A stretch of 64,000 nt of DNA from Camelus dromedarius (lineage: Eukaryota): contig NC_087437.1 of NCBI RefSeq assembly GCF_036321535.1, positions 18,168,001-18,232,000 on the forward strand. The letters are read 5' to 3'. Both the position numbers and the translations under genes were made by a program. Positions 23,048 through 34,410 of this stretch are shown one piece after another. Within the stretch, counting starts at the first letter, position 1. Every line of letters begins with the position of its first letter. The notes under the pieces are model-generated. The model was not told the DNA's origin and did not search any database. It saw only the letters and a program-made list of their open reading frames with translations.

Positions 23048-26000
23048 AAAGAAAGAAAGAAAGAAAGAAAAAGAAAGAGAGAGAAAGAAAGAAAAAGGAA
23101 GGAAGGAAGGAAGAGAAAGGGAGAAAGAGAGAAAGAAAGGGAGAGAGAGGGAGGGAGGGAGGAAGGAAGAGAAAGCAAGCTAATTACCTCCCTTCTACCA
23201 AAAAAAAATTTTTTTTTAATTTTTTTTAAGTTTCCCCTTAGATGCTACTGTGCAGCCAGGGTTAGAAACTACACCCAAAAGCACCTTGCCTGTCAGTCCA
23301 CAACTACTTTTGGAGAATAAGATATTTTGTAACAGGGAGGGAATACTGAGTTCCCATTTTTCTGTTTGCTTCTGTCAGCCCTGAATCCTGCCCACCCTTT
23401 AGGTCTGATAACGCCTCTTTGATCACTGGAAAGACTGCTCTAGTCACACCTTTGGTGTAGGGAATCTGTCTACAGAGCCTGTTGACTCACCTGTTACCAG
23501 CTGATAAGCCTATGCCTCTTGCTCAGAATATCAAATAAAAGACAGTGGCTAAAAGAGAAATCTACCTCCTTTGCGAGCAGTTCCTCTGGTTACTTATCTA
23601 TGGAGAAGGATTAGAATCCCAGGTGGTAGACTCTTCCAGATGGAAAGGAAGTTCAGATCACCACCATGCATCTCCATGGTCATTACTAGACATAGGGGAT
23701 TTCTAACAATGAGCAGTCAAGAACATTTCCACTCATTTCCTGGCAGCTGCCCCCATCACAGCTCCCACCCCCAGAAGAGCCCCCTCAAGAGGTCTCCAAA
23801 GCAGGGAAGAGCTTGGTTTATCCATCCAGGTCCAGAGTTATGGCTCTGGCACTGGCCTCACAGATATAAAACAGTGTTCTGTCTTTGTCCAATCACAGGC
23901 TAAAAGAAACTGGTAGGAGTGAGGTAGATGGAGATACTAAAAAATAAAAAAAGAGCCCAGGGTCAGGGTCGACCCCTGGTTCAAAGCAGGAACTAGTGTT
24001 CATCAGAAATCCAGAGATCAAGAGAGAGCAGGATCCCTTGTCATGCAAATCTGACCCAGCAGGGGCAAGAGGGTGTCTGACAGCCTGAGGCAAAGGCTGA
24101 GCAAGACAGGCTGGCTAGGGCTCCAGTACCCAAGGGCTCCTGTGGCAGAGCAACTCTCCACATCCAGTAAGCCCGCAGTGTTTTCACCTCCCCCTTGCCA
24201 CATCCCCATCCGTTCTAATCAGCAATGTCAAGGAAGACCACGTACCTCAGCCATAGCACATGTGTGTTGTTTTTAGGCACAAATAGGAAAACCACTCAAC
24301 TGAAGGAGATTCAATGACTCCATCCTTACCAAGAGTCTAGGATAAGTGTAATTTTATAGAATGAGGAAGAGACATTCTTTATACTACTTGGTTAATACTG
24401 TCTATTTGTTTGGTTGTTTGGTTGGTTGGTAGGCTGGTTGGTCAGTTGATTGGATTTTGGTTGTTTTAACCAGATGCCTTGCCAGGTGCTTCTCAAAAGG
24501 GATAAATGATTTTGTCCTCTGAATGGTCTATGGCTTAAAACAGCAGAAGAGAAATTTTTAAAGCCTCTAACAGGTTCCTGAGTCAATTTGAAGTTCATAA
24601 GAGACCCATGGGGACAAGATGGTAGAAAAGTGAAGTCCCTTCCTCCTCTCATATGTCCAGTTTTCGTGTGGCAACATACAAAAACAGAAGAGCCCTGAGG
24701 ATATTTCCTGAAGGCTGGGACTGCCCCACAAATGTCCTCTCCATAGCTGTCCTGAACCACAGGCTTACAGTTTAATTGTGTGTGTTAAAGAGAACAAGAA
24801 TGACACTATGAGCTACTGTCAGAAAGTCATTCTACTATGATTACTTTAGCCAAGGTACTCCTGAGGGGAAAAGAAATTTGAGGTTCAGGATTTCCAATGA
24901 AAACTATAATCTTCCCAGGGTGTAAGCTGCTTGAAGACAGAGATTATTTCTCATGAAACTTTATTCCTCCTACAGCATCTGGCAAAGGATTTTGCAGAAA
25001 AATCTGAGCTTAATAATACTTGATGAATGAATGAATGAGCATATGAATATGTTAACATGAGAGTACACTAACATGTGCTGGGTGAATACACAAAGGCATA
25101 AATGCATACCCAAGTAGATGACACATGCTTGCATTTGTTAATGAGGGACTGGACGGGGTGTCTGTTCCCATATCCTGTGAGGCCAGCAAAGCCATTCGGC
25201 AAGGCTTTGGAGAACACACCAGAGCCCTCTTATATTAGGAATGGTTCAAAGGCCATTCTAAGGCCATGAGGAGTTCCCTTCACCTTACTGGGGTCACCGT
25301 GGCTCCAGCATCAGAACTCAGCTGCGAGCCCAAGAAGCCAATGTTAATCAATACTCCCTGGAACGAATGGTCAGATCCTGGAGGACTGCTCCACACCGTA
25401 AGCCAACACACTTTTCCGGGAATATCATTGTTAATAGGACCAAGACTGATGGTGGATACTTATAGAAGTCTCTTCCCAGCAGAGAAGCAAAGTTAAAATC
25501 AGAAGTTTATTTAGGGAGAAGAGATTCAGAATCAAATGAATGGAGGTGAAGGGCACAGAACAGAGTAGCTGGATACCGTCATCTACACACAGGGAGATGC
25601 CTGGTGAGAAGGTTGCCAGGGCCTCCATTCCTCAGACACTGCAGAAACTCTTTAACAAATTCTGCATGATCTACCTATTCTTTTTTTGGTATCTTTCATT
25701 GATTACCAATCCTTCCATCATGACAAATTGCTTTGTGATACACGCCTTAGAGTGAATGAGCAGGCAGCTCCACTGATATTGGCCATATTTGAGATGGAAA
25801 TCTTCCCGAAGAGATTGGAGTGAATCCCTTCCAGGGGTCCCTTGTCCTGAGAGTCATGTTTATAAATAATCTTCTGGGACAGGTAATTCCCTGAGATGAC
25901 TTTTGGAGAATATTCCTTTATACATTCCTAGCATCCATTTCAGAGGATGACATTTGATGGTGAGTCTCCAAGTTTGGAGGATACATTCTGTTAGGAGCTT

Positions 26001-29000
26001 ACAGATCCCTGTACCTTGATGGCAGCTAGAACTCAGCCTGTTTTTCCAGGATAAGATACCTCAGAGCAATGTACTATGATGGGACAGGAACGATTTTGAG
26101 ACAGTCTGGATTGACCCCCAGGTCTGCTTTTCCCTTGATGTCTTCCTTTGGGCAAGTTACTTAACTTCTGAGTCTCAATGACTTCAATTATAAAATAGAA
26201 GTAATAATATTCCCTACATTGCAAGGTGGGTATGTGGATTAAATTTTTTAATGTCTGAAAAGTCCCTAATAGCTTTCAATTAAAAGTAGCAATTGGCAAT
26301 GACAACTAGGCACTTTCTGCTTTGCTTCCCATGGTTCTTCAGTTCCGCTTTACCGGAACTACCCACACTAGGGTCTTTCCCTCTGGAAGACCCAAGGATG
26401 CATTTGTCTTCCTTTGTAAAATTCGTTGTGCTTGTAGTGGACATGTTTAATGACAGTCTTTCCCCACTTTGGCATAAGCCCCAAGACGGCGAAGACCAGC
26501 TGATCTGTTAATTACTGTCATCCCTATGCCTAGTCAGGGGGGGCCTCAGTAAGAAACTGCTGAGGTGAGTCACTGCACTTTAAGGATGCACTAGAATTCA
26601 CTCTGGAAATATCTGGAGAGGAAGTCGTTGCAGGAGAGCCCCCAGAAGGGCATATTGCTTCCATTGATTCCTGGAAAGGGAACTGCTGATAAACTATAAT
26701 TGGGCTAAAAGGCCTGAGATCGATATAGTAGTCTTCATGTATATATATCCCAAAGCCTACAGCTCCCCATGACCTTAGTAGTCCCTGTGGGAAGAGGCAA
26801 AAATTACAGTGTTCTTGGTTTACCACCTAGAGGCCTTGCTTCATTATATGTTGTAAATGAATACTGGGTTTTTCTAAAGCGGACACAACTCTATGAACCG
26901 TTGAGCCCCAATGGAAAGCTAGAGAAGAAAAATGTTTGGGTTAAAAGTCAAAGCAACACAGTTTTACTATAGATTCTATCAATAATTTTTAATATTACCT
27001 TAGTCAAGCCGTTTCCCCTTCTTGGACCCCAGATTAGCAAGTTTTAAAATGAGGAAATGAAATAGCTAAGTTCCATTGGCCCTCCCAGATCCAACAGTCC
27101 ATAATTTTCTCATTCTACAGACATCTGTGTGCATGTCTTTCATTAATCAGAGGATTGCAAATGATGGTTTTGCATTTTCCACAATTTCATATCCCCTGAC
27201 AGTGACAAGGTTCACAGTCATTGGACTTGCTATTTCTCAGAAGTTTGGTGCTGGTTAGTTGTGGTTGCTTTGTTGTATTAAACCAAAGCCTCATCAATCA
27301 TGTTGAGGTGGTCTTCTTTGTCTGGCCCTTGTCCTTCAGCCATGCTACAGGCAGTTCGAGCCCTGATGATTGTAGGCATCGTCCTGGGGGCCATTGGCCT
27401 CATAGTGTCCATCTTCGCCCTGAAGTGCATCCGCATTGGCAGCATGGAGGACTCCGCCAAAGCCAACATGACTCTGACTTCTGGGATCATGTTCATCATC
27501 GCAGGTAAACAAGGAGCCAGGGGCTCCCTCTCTCAAATGCGCATCCAGGAATGTCAAGCAGAATCACTCTGGCAGAGGAAACACAGTTTCTCCCTACTGA
27601 GCTTGGTTTGAACATGGATCAGAGCTTCACACACTGGGATTCAAGATCTGAGATTAAGGCTCAATTACACTCTACAGATTTATCATGAGTACTAAGGTCC
27701 CTCTTACCTGCCACCCTCGTCTCAGTATGAGAGATTCTCAACTCTAAGGCAGCCATGTGACTCAATCCCTAAAGGCATTATTTTGGTGAGTCTTCAGAAA
27801 ACGACTTTAAGGGAAGAGCTCTTGACACCATCAAAGGACGAAGCCCCAAATATTTGTACTATTGACCCCTGGTCCCAAGATGGAAAATCTCTTTCTGCAC
27901 ACATACAAATCCTTCCACAGCTAGAGAGACGAGAGAGTGTAAGCACCTCACACAATGTCTAGCTCACAGTGAGAATTCAGTAATCGGTGCTTGGGTTGAC
28001 CATCCTGTTACAGGAGTGGGATATGCTAAATGCAGCCTACTCATCTGAACTCATTTCAACACACATTGTCTCAGAAACAACACAATCCCTTTAAAGCTGA
28101 CTCCAGAGCTTTCTCGTTCCTTGCCCGCAGGTCTTTGTGCAATCGCTGGAGTGTCTGTGTTTGCCAACATGCTGGTTACTAACTTCTGGATGTCTACAGC
28201 CAGCATGTACACCGGCCTGGGTGGGATGGTGCAGACTCTTCAGACCAGGTAACCTCCTAGTCTAGTCTCAGTAGTGTGTGGTGAAAATTGTAAAAATCCA
28301 ATGAAACACATACACCTAATGTTACTGTCAGCGCCTGAAATAGCAAAAATTTATCAGAGGCAACCACGCCATATCATAAATCAACAATGATCTGTAAATT
28401 CATAAGCTTCTATCCTTGGTGATATGACTTGAGGCTGATCTGACATTTGCATTGAAATACAGCGACAGTTCACAGTATTTATCTAACACTCTTACACAGG
28501 CCCCTTTGTGGGGGCAATGAAACAGGCACTATTAACCCAAGCGTGTAAATGAACATCAACCCACGTCTCCAGTCCATGACGGGAACCTGGCTAGGGACAC
28601 GGAAAAGCTTGAATAGAAGTGAGCAAGGTGCAGTATAGGTGAGCGAGGTCATGTTTCTTCCTTGTACAGCTGCTCGGTCTCTCATTCATCAATTCATTCA
28701 TTCTACAAATGTATCAAAACCCTGCCGTGAGCCAGGAACTCTTCTGAGTTCTGGGGATAAGGACAAGGTCCCCGTTCTCATGAAGGTTATGGTCTAGCAG
28801 AGAGACACAAAACCCCACTGTCGTTTGGTGTCTGAAGCAGGATAGAACTTTTAAAAGATGGAAGAGCAATTCCAATACCCATTTTCATTTAGCCACTTCA
28901 AAGGGATGTATTTCATAGCAAGAAGCAGCAGCAAATTCCTGAAGGAGAAAGCTCTTTTTCTGGGACAGCAATGTAAATTTTATACCTGAGTGGCCTTTGT

Positions 29001-32000
29001 GTCATGTACCTAAGTGTGTCTCTAAGTGTGGATACGCTTGGTTATTTCTCCAGCAACACCATCATGGGAGGCAGGATGGGAGCACGTGATAAACCCAGCA
29101 CTCTCTGGCTCCCTGGAACTCCACTCACCATCCTTTTCAAGAATAGGAAAGACATGATCCCCACCAGCTACCCTCCTCCTCCTCTCTGGTCTTCCATGGA
29201 CTCTTGGTTACAAGGGCAACTTAGAAGCATGCTGATCAACTCATCCTGGTTTTCCTGGGACATTCCCAGTTTTAGCACTGAAAATCTCACATCCTGGGAA
29301 ACTCTTCTGTCACAGGCAAATCTGGATGGATGAGATCCTACTTAGAAGAGCCCACCTTATCTGCAGTATCTGGGTGTCTAGTGTCACTACCCCCGCCCAG
29401 AGGAGTCACCCACCCACCTGGCAGCCAGCACTAATGCCCACCATCACTCTCTCACACCATCTCCCTAGAACTCACCCCTGTCCCTTGGACAGGCAACTTC
29501 AGAGATTTTGTTCTCAGACAATCCTGTTTGGATGTGACTGAGTCCCACTAGAGGCCACCCTCAAAGGGGAAGGGCACCAGTTTGGAGTCAGATGACCACA
29601 GGTTAGAATTCAGTGTGGGCTGGGTCAGAAGCACCATGAGGGTGGGCTCTGTGTCTGTCTTGTTCACCCTTCTCTCCCAGTGCCAGGCATGTAGTAGGAG
29701 CTCAGTCAATACTTGTTGAACAAATGAGTAAAGAAACGAATGAAAAACTCTTCACACTTGTTCTTTCTGAAGATAATGCTCCTACCTGCATGGATGGTGG
29801 TCAGGGTTACTTGAGGTAGGAAAGATGGAAGTTTCTTGACCCACAGTAAGAACTCAAGAGACTAAAATACCTTCAGAAAGAATAATTTGAGACTGATTCC
29901 ATATCTCTCAAATTTCCCTTGCTAAGCCTTCAAGACACTCCCCTTTGCCACTAGGGAGGAAAGGGGATTTCCTGAGATGTCTCTCCGAGATTAGAGACTT
30001 AAAATTCATTCTATGCCTGAGTGATGCTAGGGGCCCAAGAATCCCACCACTGTTTTGCTGACTGACTTCAGTCCCAATTCTGTTCTCCAGGGCACCTGAT
30101 TCAGTTGGCTGTGGTTCAAAGGAGCATGTGCTCTGGGGCAGGCTGAGTTAGGTGTAGAATCCGAAAGTGAGGACAGAGAGGACGGGCATGGCCAGGAGCA
30201 GTGGGTGGAGCCTGGAGAGCTGAGTCAACCACAGTCACAGCCCCCGTCTCCCCACCCAGGTACACTTTTGGGGCAGCCCTGTTTGTGGGCTGGGTCGCCG
30301 GAGGCCTCACGCTAATTGGAGGCGTGATGATGTGCATCGCTTGCCGGGGCCTTGCGCCCGAGGAAACTAGGTAAGTCTCCCCATCCTGATGCAATCAGAC
30401 GCTTGATCCAAGTCCATTTTAACATATAATTTGCAGCCAGAATGATCAGCATAGGTGTATGGAAGAAGTTCATTGACAAAAGGATCATGTACCTTCTCGT
30501 TCACAGGGAATGCAAAGAACAGAATAGGACTATTTCAGCCTGAGCAGATTTAGAAGTGATCCTATTGAAGGGAAAACCAGCCCTCTAAAAGGCAAATCAA
30601 ACTACAGTGAGGTATCACCTCACACCAGTCAGAATGGCCATCACTAAAATGTCCACAAACGATAAATGCTGGAGAGGGTGTGGGGAAAAAGGAACCCTCC
30701 TACACTGCTGGTGAGAATGTAGTTTGGTGCAGCCATTATGGAAAACAGTATGAAGAGTCCTTAAAAAACTAAAAACCCCATGATCCAGCAATCTCACTCC
30801 TGGGCATAGATCTGCAGGAAACTCTAATTCAAAAAGATACATGCACCCCAATGTTCTCAGCAGCACTATTTACAATAGCCAAGACATGGAAGCAACCTAA
30901 GTGTCCAACAACAGATGACTGGATAAAGATATGGTATGTGTATACATATATATATATGTGTGTGTATATATATATATATATATATTTGCAATGGAATACT
31001 ATTCAGTCATAAAAGGATAAAAATAATGCTATTTGCAGCAACATGGACAGACCTGGGGATTGTCATTCTAAGTGAAGTAAGCCAGAAAGAGAAAGAAAAA
31101 TACCATATATCACCCATATGTGGAATCTTAAAAAATGACACAAATGAACTTATTTACAAAACAGAAGCAGACTCACAGACATAGAAAACAAACTTGTTGT
31201 TACCAGGGGGAAAAGGGGAGGTGGAGCGATAAATTGGGAGTTTGGGATTTGCAGGTACTAACTACTGCATATAAAATAAACAGCAGGGTCCCACTGTAGA
31301 GCACAGGGAACTATATTCAATACCTTGTAATAGCCTATAATGAAGAAGAATATGAAAAGGAACATTTATATATGTATAACTGAATCACTATGCTGTACAC
31401 CAGAAATCAACACAGCATTGTAAACTGACTATACTTCAATTTTTAATAAAATAAAAACAGAAAGAAAAAAAAACCAGCCCTCTAGGCTCCCTCTGACTCC
31501 AGTATTTTGTAACTCAGTGGTTCTCAACTTGGAGCAATTCTGTGCCACCCCAGGAGGTGGAGGCCAGGGATGCTGCTGAACATCCTGCAAGGCACAGGGC
31601 AGGCCCCCACCACCTAGAAGCACCCGTTCCAGAATGGTAGTAACACTTCTGCTGGGAGAGCCCGCTTTGCCTCCATAACTGGGCCTGGGGTTGGGAGACC
31701 TGGACCACTGTTTCTACTGCTAACCAGCCCTGTGACCTCTACCTGTCATTGCCCTCTCTGGGCCTGTGTTACCTCATCCACACTCTGAGCAGATTAGGGA
31801 GGATGGGTTTCACATCGGTACCTCCCAGCTCACAGATTCTACGATTCTTTGGCATCACTATGTTCCCCTGGACGTTGTTTCTGGTTCAGCTTCATCTTAA
31901 TTGATTAACAGAGGGAACTCACTAGTCACTAGCTACCAGCTCTAATACAAAGCAAGAAATTCTGCTCCACTGCCGAGGCAGAAAATCCAGTGTTCCCAAA

Positions 32001-32326
32001 GCCCAGGGAAGCAGCTGACTGAGTTTGCCCAGGACTAAGGGTTTCCTGGAACACTGGACTTCCAGTGCTTAAAGTCAGACATCCTAGGATAAATGGGTGC
32101 TTTGTCCCCCTACCAAATACGTCTATAGTCATGGACTGTTTCTTTTTCTTTCAGTTACAAAGCCGTGTCTTACCATGCCTCGGGCCAAAACGTCGCCTAC
32201 AGGCCCAGTGGCTTCAAAGCCAGCAGTGGCTTTGAGTCCAGCATGAAAAACAAGAAGACATATGATGGTGGTGCCCGCACAGAGGATGAGGGACAGTCTC
32301 ATCCTTCCAAGTATGACTACGTGTAG
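8030..32326 (+). CDS. CLDN18: Claudin-18 isoform 2 (CLDN18.2, stomach type); join(8030..8249,27340..27504,28131..28248,30260..30370,32155..32326), 261 aa
   Basis: Exon lengths 220+165+118+111+172 = 786 nt, in frame, all introns GT-AG. The protein runs [11 protein letters not shown]...HPSKYDYV*, with the claudin W-GLW-C-C signature, four hydrophobic segments and a C-terminal PDZ-binding YV. Confidence 0.97.
10601..10733 (+). mobile_element. tRNA-derived SINE (Vic-1-like)
   Basis: A-box gtagctcagtggtagag, B-box gggttcaatccc, A-rich linker and acctaattacctc tail. TSD tgtggcattag on both sides (10590-10600, 10735-10745). Confidence 0.9.
10862..11077 (+). mobile_element. MER20-like hAT DNA transposon
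   Basis: tttctcaaccttggcactatttacatttt...aaaaatgtctccagac...ggggcaaaaccagccccagttaagaatc. Confidence 0.7.
11540..11835 (+). mobile_element. MIR SINE
   Basis: ttttcacaacaaccctgtgaagtaaggagtagtattatctccattttataaatgaggaaactgaag...ggattcaaacccaggcag. Confidence 0.7.
11840..13245 (+). mobile_element. Highly diverged old L1 (L1ME/L1MC-like) remnants
   Basis: A-rich sequence with degenerate ORF2/3' UTR blocks (attctaaagctgcaataattaaaag, aagtaatgcaaattaaaac, aattccactcgtgggaatctgtcctaaa). Confidence 0.55.
13283..13623 (+). mobile_element. 5'-truncated L1 3' end (artiodactyl type)
   Basis: cacttatatgtggaatctagaaaatgatacaaatgaac...actgtaaatcaactacacttccattaaaaaaag followed by a poly-A tail. Confidence 0.85.
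16180..16554 (+). promoter_or_regulatory. CLDN18.1 (exon 1a) proximal promoter and 5' UTR
   Basis: NKX2-1-type CAAGTG at 16197-16202 and 16369-16374, TAAGTG at 16182-16187, forkhead-type GCAAACA at 16460-16466; CpG-rich. Confidence 0.55.
16555..16774 (+). CDS. CLDN18: CLDN18 exon 1a (CLDN18.1-specific; TM1 and extracellular loop 1)
   Basis: Start context aggccATG at 16555. Encodes [73 protein letters not shown]. Donor CAG|gtacgc at 16775. Confidence 0.97.
16555..32326 (+). CDS. CLDN18: Claudin-18 isoform 1 (CLDN18.1, lung type); join(16555..16774,27340..27504,28131..28248,30260..30370,32155..32326), 261 aa
   Basis: Alternative 220-nt first exon ([28 protein letters not shown]...) with the same phase-1 donor, splicing to the shared exons 2-5. 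Confidence 0.97.
21143..21231 (-). mobile_element. Very short L1 3' end with TSD
   Basis: attgaagtatggttgatttacaatgttgtgttag...agtgattcagtt, flanked by atgaaaccatatt (21130-21142) and atgaaaccacatt (21232-21244). Confidence 0.75.
22821..23225 (+). mobile_element. tRNA-derived SINE (Vic-1-like) with an internal microsatellite expansion
   Basis: Head at 22821-22897 and tail ctaattacctccc at 23180-23192. Imperfect TSD aagttgcccctt / aagtttcccctt. Confidence 0.85.
22900..23175 (+). repeat. Compound (GA)n/(GAAAA)n/(GAAA)n/(GGAA)n/(GGGA)n polypurine microsatellite
   Basis: About 275 nt of almost pure A/G; the only pyrimidines are two T residues at 22957 and 22965. Confidence 0.95.
27340..27504 (+). 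CDS. CLDN18: CLDN18 exon 2 (TM2, intracellular loop, start of TM3)
   Basis: Acceptor ccttgtccttcag|C and donor GCAG|gtaaac. Encodes (A)[54 protein letters not shown]; 165 nt. Confidence 0.97.
28131..28248 (+). CDS. CLDN18: CLDN18 exon 3 (TM3 and extracellular loop 2)
   Basis: Acceptor ttccttgcccgcag|GT and donor CCAG|gtaacc. Encodes (G)[38 protein letters not shown](R); 118 nt. It is not in the supplied ORF track. Confidence 0.96.
29228..29340. mobile_element. MER81-like hAT miniature element
   Basis: gatcaactcatcctggttttcctgggacattcccagttttagcactgaaaatc, similar to the copy at 38783-38894. Confidence 0.6.
30260..30370 (+). CDS. CLDN18: CLDN18 exon 4 (TM4)
   Basis: Acceptor ctccccacccag|G and donor CTAG|gtaagt. 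Encodes (R)[36 protein letters not shown](S); 111 nt. Confidence 0.96.
   Translation, partial: VHFWGSPVCGLGRRRPHANWRRDDVHRLPGPCARGN
30588..31469 (+). mobile_element. 5'-truncated L1 (ORF2 C-terminus, 3' UTR, poly-A) in CLDN18 intron 4, sense orientation
   Basis: Perfect 15-bp TSD aaaaccagccctcta at 30573-30587 and 31470-31484. ORF2-end blocks (gtatcacctcacaccagtcagaatggccatc). AATAAA at 31445-31450. Internal (TA)n/(TG)n at 30936-30985. Confidence 0.92.
31515..31665. mobile_element. MER3/MER5-like hAT DNA transposon fragment
   Basis: cagtggttctcaac...gaggccagggatgctgctgaacatcctgcaaggcacagggcaggccccc. Confidence 0.6.
32155..32326 (+). CDS. CLDN18: CLDN18 exon 5 coding part (cytoplasmic tail, PDZ-binding motif)
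   Basis: Acceptor tttctttttctttcag|T. Encodes (S)[59 protein letters not shown] at 32324-32326. Confidence 0.96.
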
Positions 32327-34410
32327 CTCTCCGAGACACCTCAGCATGGACAGAAGAAACCACCTCTTCCATTAGAGCTCACCCAAAAAGACAAGGAAAT
32401 TTTACCTTGATTCCCGATTGCTTTTGACTCGCAGTTGGAAGTTAGAAAGCCTTGATTTCATCTGTGGTGCAGCCAGATGGTCTTAGCCACTGGTCTCTTG
32501 TCTCTACATGTTTTATCACAAAACAACTGAGTTATCAGATGTGTGTTAGAGGTGATAGCCCACATTTTCCAATCCTCTTACTCCTTTTTTTTTAAATATA
32601 ACCTTTTAACCTGATGATAGAATGTGGTTTGAATTCCTATCAATCACCTAGATAATGTAGACAGACAATCCCTCCTCCTTCCAGCCAACAGCCCATTGAT
32701 GATCTGTTTCCCAGCTCATCCCCCAGAACAATTCGGAAAGGAAAAACAGAATCAATCAAAAGACATCATTTTCTGCTACTTGATTTTGCCCCCCTCCCAC
32801 CCTAATTTGGCTTCTAATAAAAACACTGAAGACAAGGTGACAAGGGAAAGATATTTCCCATCTCTCCAGCTCATTATCTGAATTTTCTTACACTGTGATC
32901 TTGAACATGACTTGGACCAAAGTGATTTCATTCTGAGGAAAGCAGCCTTTTCCACTTCTGCTAACATCTGCTGATTCCAGCTGTACTCTCCCAGGAGCTT
33001 CCTGGGCTCGCCACCGCAGGTCCTCTTTCTGTCACAGCAAAAAGTGTCCCTAGAGGAATGAGAAAAGGATTTTTTTCTTTCTCTCTCTCTCTTTTTTTGT
33101 AATCTAAATATATTTGGTATTCTAAATATAGTTAGAATAAATATGTATTAGTGAAATGATACAGTCTCTGTGAATTAGCCTCACCCCTGCACATGAATAG
33201 AAGGAAATGAAAAAATAATTGCTTTGATGTTGTCTATATTATACTTCGTAAAATCACATTTAAGTCTGAATTTCATGAAATGCTCACTGATCCTAATTCT
33301 TTCCCTTTGAGGTCTCCTGGACTCTGATTATAGATGATAGAATCAGTGTAATCCATGTAAAAAAACACATGATGGAACACAGCAGGTCCTAAGAAGTAAG
33401 GACCTGAGACTATTTCTTAAAAAAAAAAAAAAAAAGTGACAATGAGCCTGAGGGTAATGTAATGTTTCCAGGTGACACACTTACGTGGCTACACTGTTAG
33501 TTGAGAGCAGCATTTACTGGGCACTGTGGTCAACTCTGTGACCCTGAGACTGATCTTCCCTTCACTAAATTCACCTAGAGTGGTTGGACCATTGGATGTT
33601 CAGGAACTGGAAGCTCTCTGCAGCCACGCACCTTCCTGTGTTTGCATCACTGCTGCAGAGAGCCTAGCCTCCTTCTTCCAGGCCACCAGAATCCTGCCCC
33701 AGCACCAGGGCCAGAATAGCCCCTCCAGTGAGGTAAGGGCAGTCTCTCAAAACTACCTAGTCAGAGAGCAGCGCTGGCACAGGGGGACTCTGACCACTGG
33801 TTTACTATCTGAGGGGGCAAGGTCCTCACAGCAATAGTGCTTGTGAAAGTGGCCTCCAAGGAGATGGTGAATATTCATTGGGGTCTTCAAGCTGGACAGA
33901 CTCTGTCTGGGGAAAAGACCAGATCACGGCTCATTAAATAGAAAAGAACTGTGTTCACTAACAACCAAAACAGTAACTCAGAGACCCTGGTCACTGAGGC
34001 AGCAATGGTTTTAGGCAAAATCAGACAAAATTACTCACGAAACTCTTTGTCTAAGATGGGGTAAAGGATGAACAGATAAATCAAGAAAAAAATTGGGGGT
34101 GGAAGTAGAGAAATCTGAGCAGTCTAGGACATGGAGATTGGTAAGGGGTCTCAGGATTTGAGTTGAAGACCATGGGCACGGTGAGCTCACCCTCCCATCA
34201 CCAGAAAGTCCCTGGTCAGGTCGGAGGCACTGAGGTGTGGCTCGATTGGGCTTTTAATGTACACATTCTCTATCCAACACTTAATTATTTGAAAGCCTCC
34301 ATGTAGTTAGAGTGTGCTTTGTAATTTTTTTTGTTGCCCTGTCTTATTGTATATGCATTGAGTATTGACCTGTTTTGTTACTTACATATTAAAGATACTG
34401 TTATCTCACA
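32327..34410 (+). other. CLDN18: CLDN18 3' UTR (about 2.1 kb)
   Basis: Follows the stop codon. The stretch 34316-34410 (gctttgtaattttt...gcattgagtatt...atattaaagatactgttatc) resembles the recalled 3' end of human CLDN18 mRNA. The end point is approximate. Confidence 0.7.
34388..34393 (+). terminator. Distal polyadenylation signal ATTAAA of CLDN18
   Basis: ATTAAA preceded by U-rich and TGTA elements (34319-34352) and followed by a GT/T-rich tract (ctgttttttcc, about 34426). Confidence 0.65.

Noticed and set aside
22850..23320. Lys/Glu/Arg-rich 156-aa ORF and its Phe/Leu/Ser-rich antisense partner
   Set aside because: Both are translations of the (GAAA)n microsatellite.
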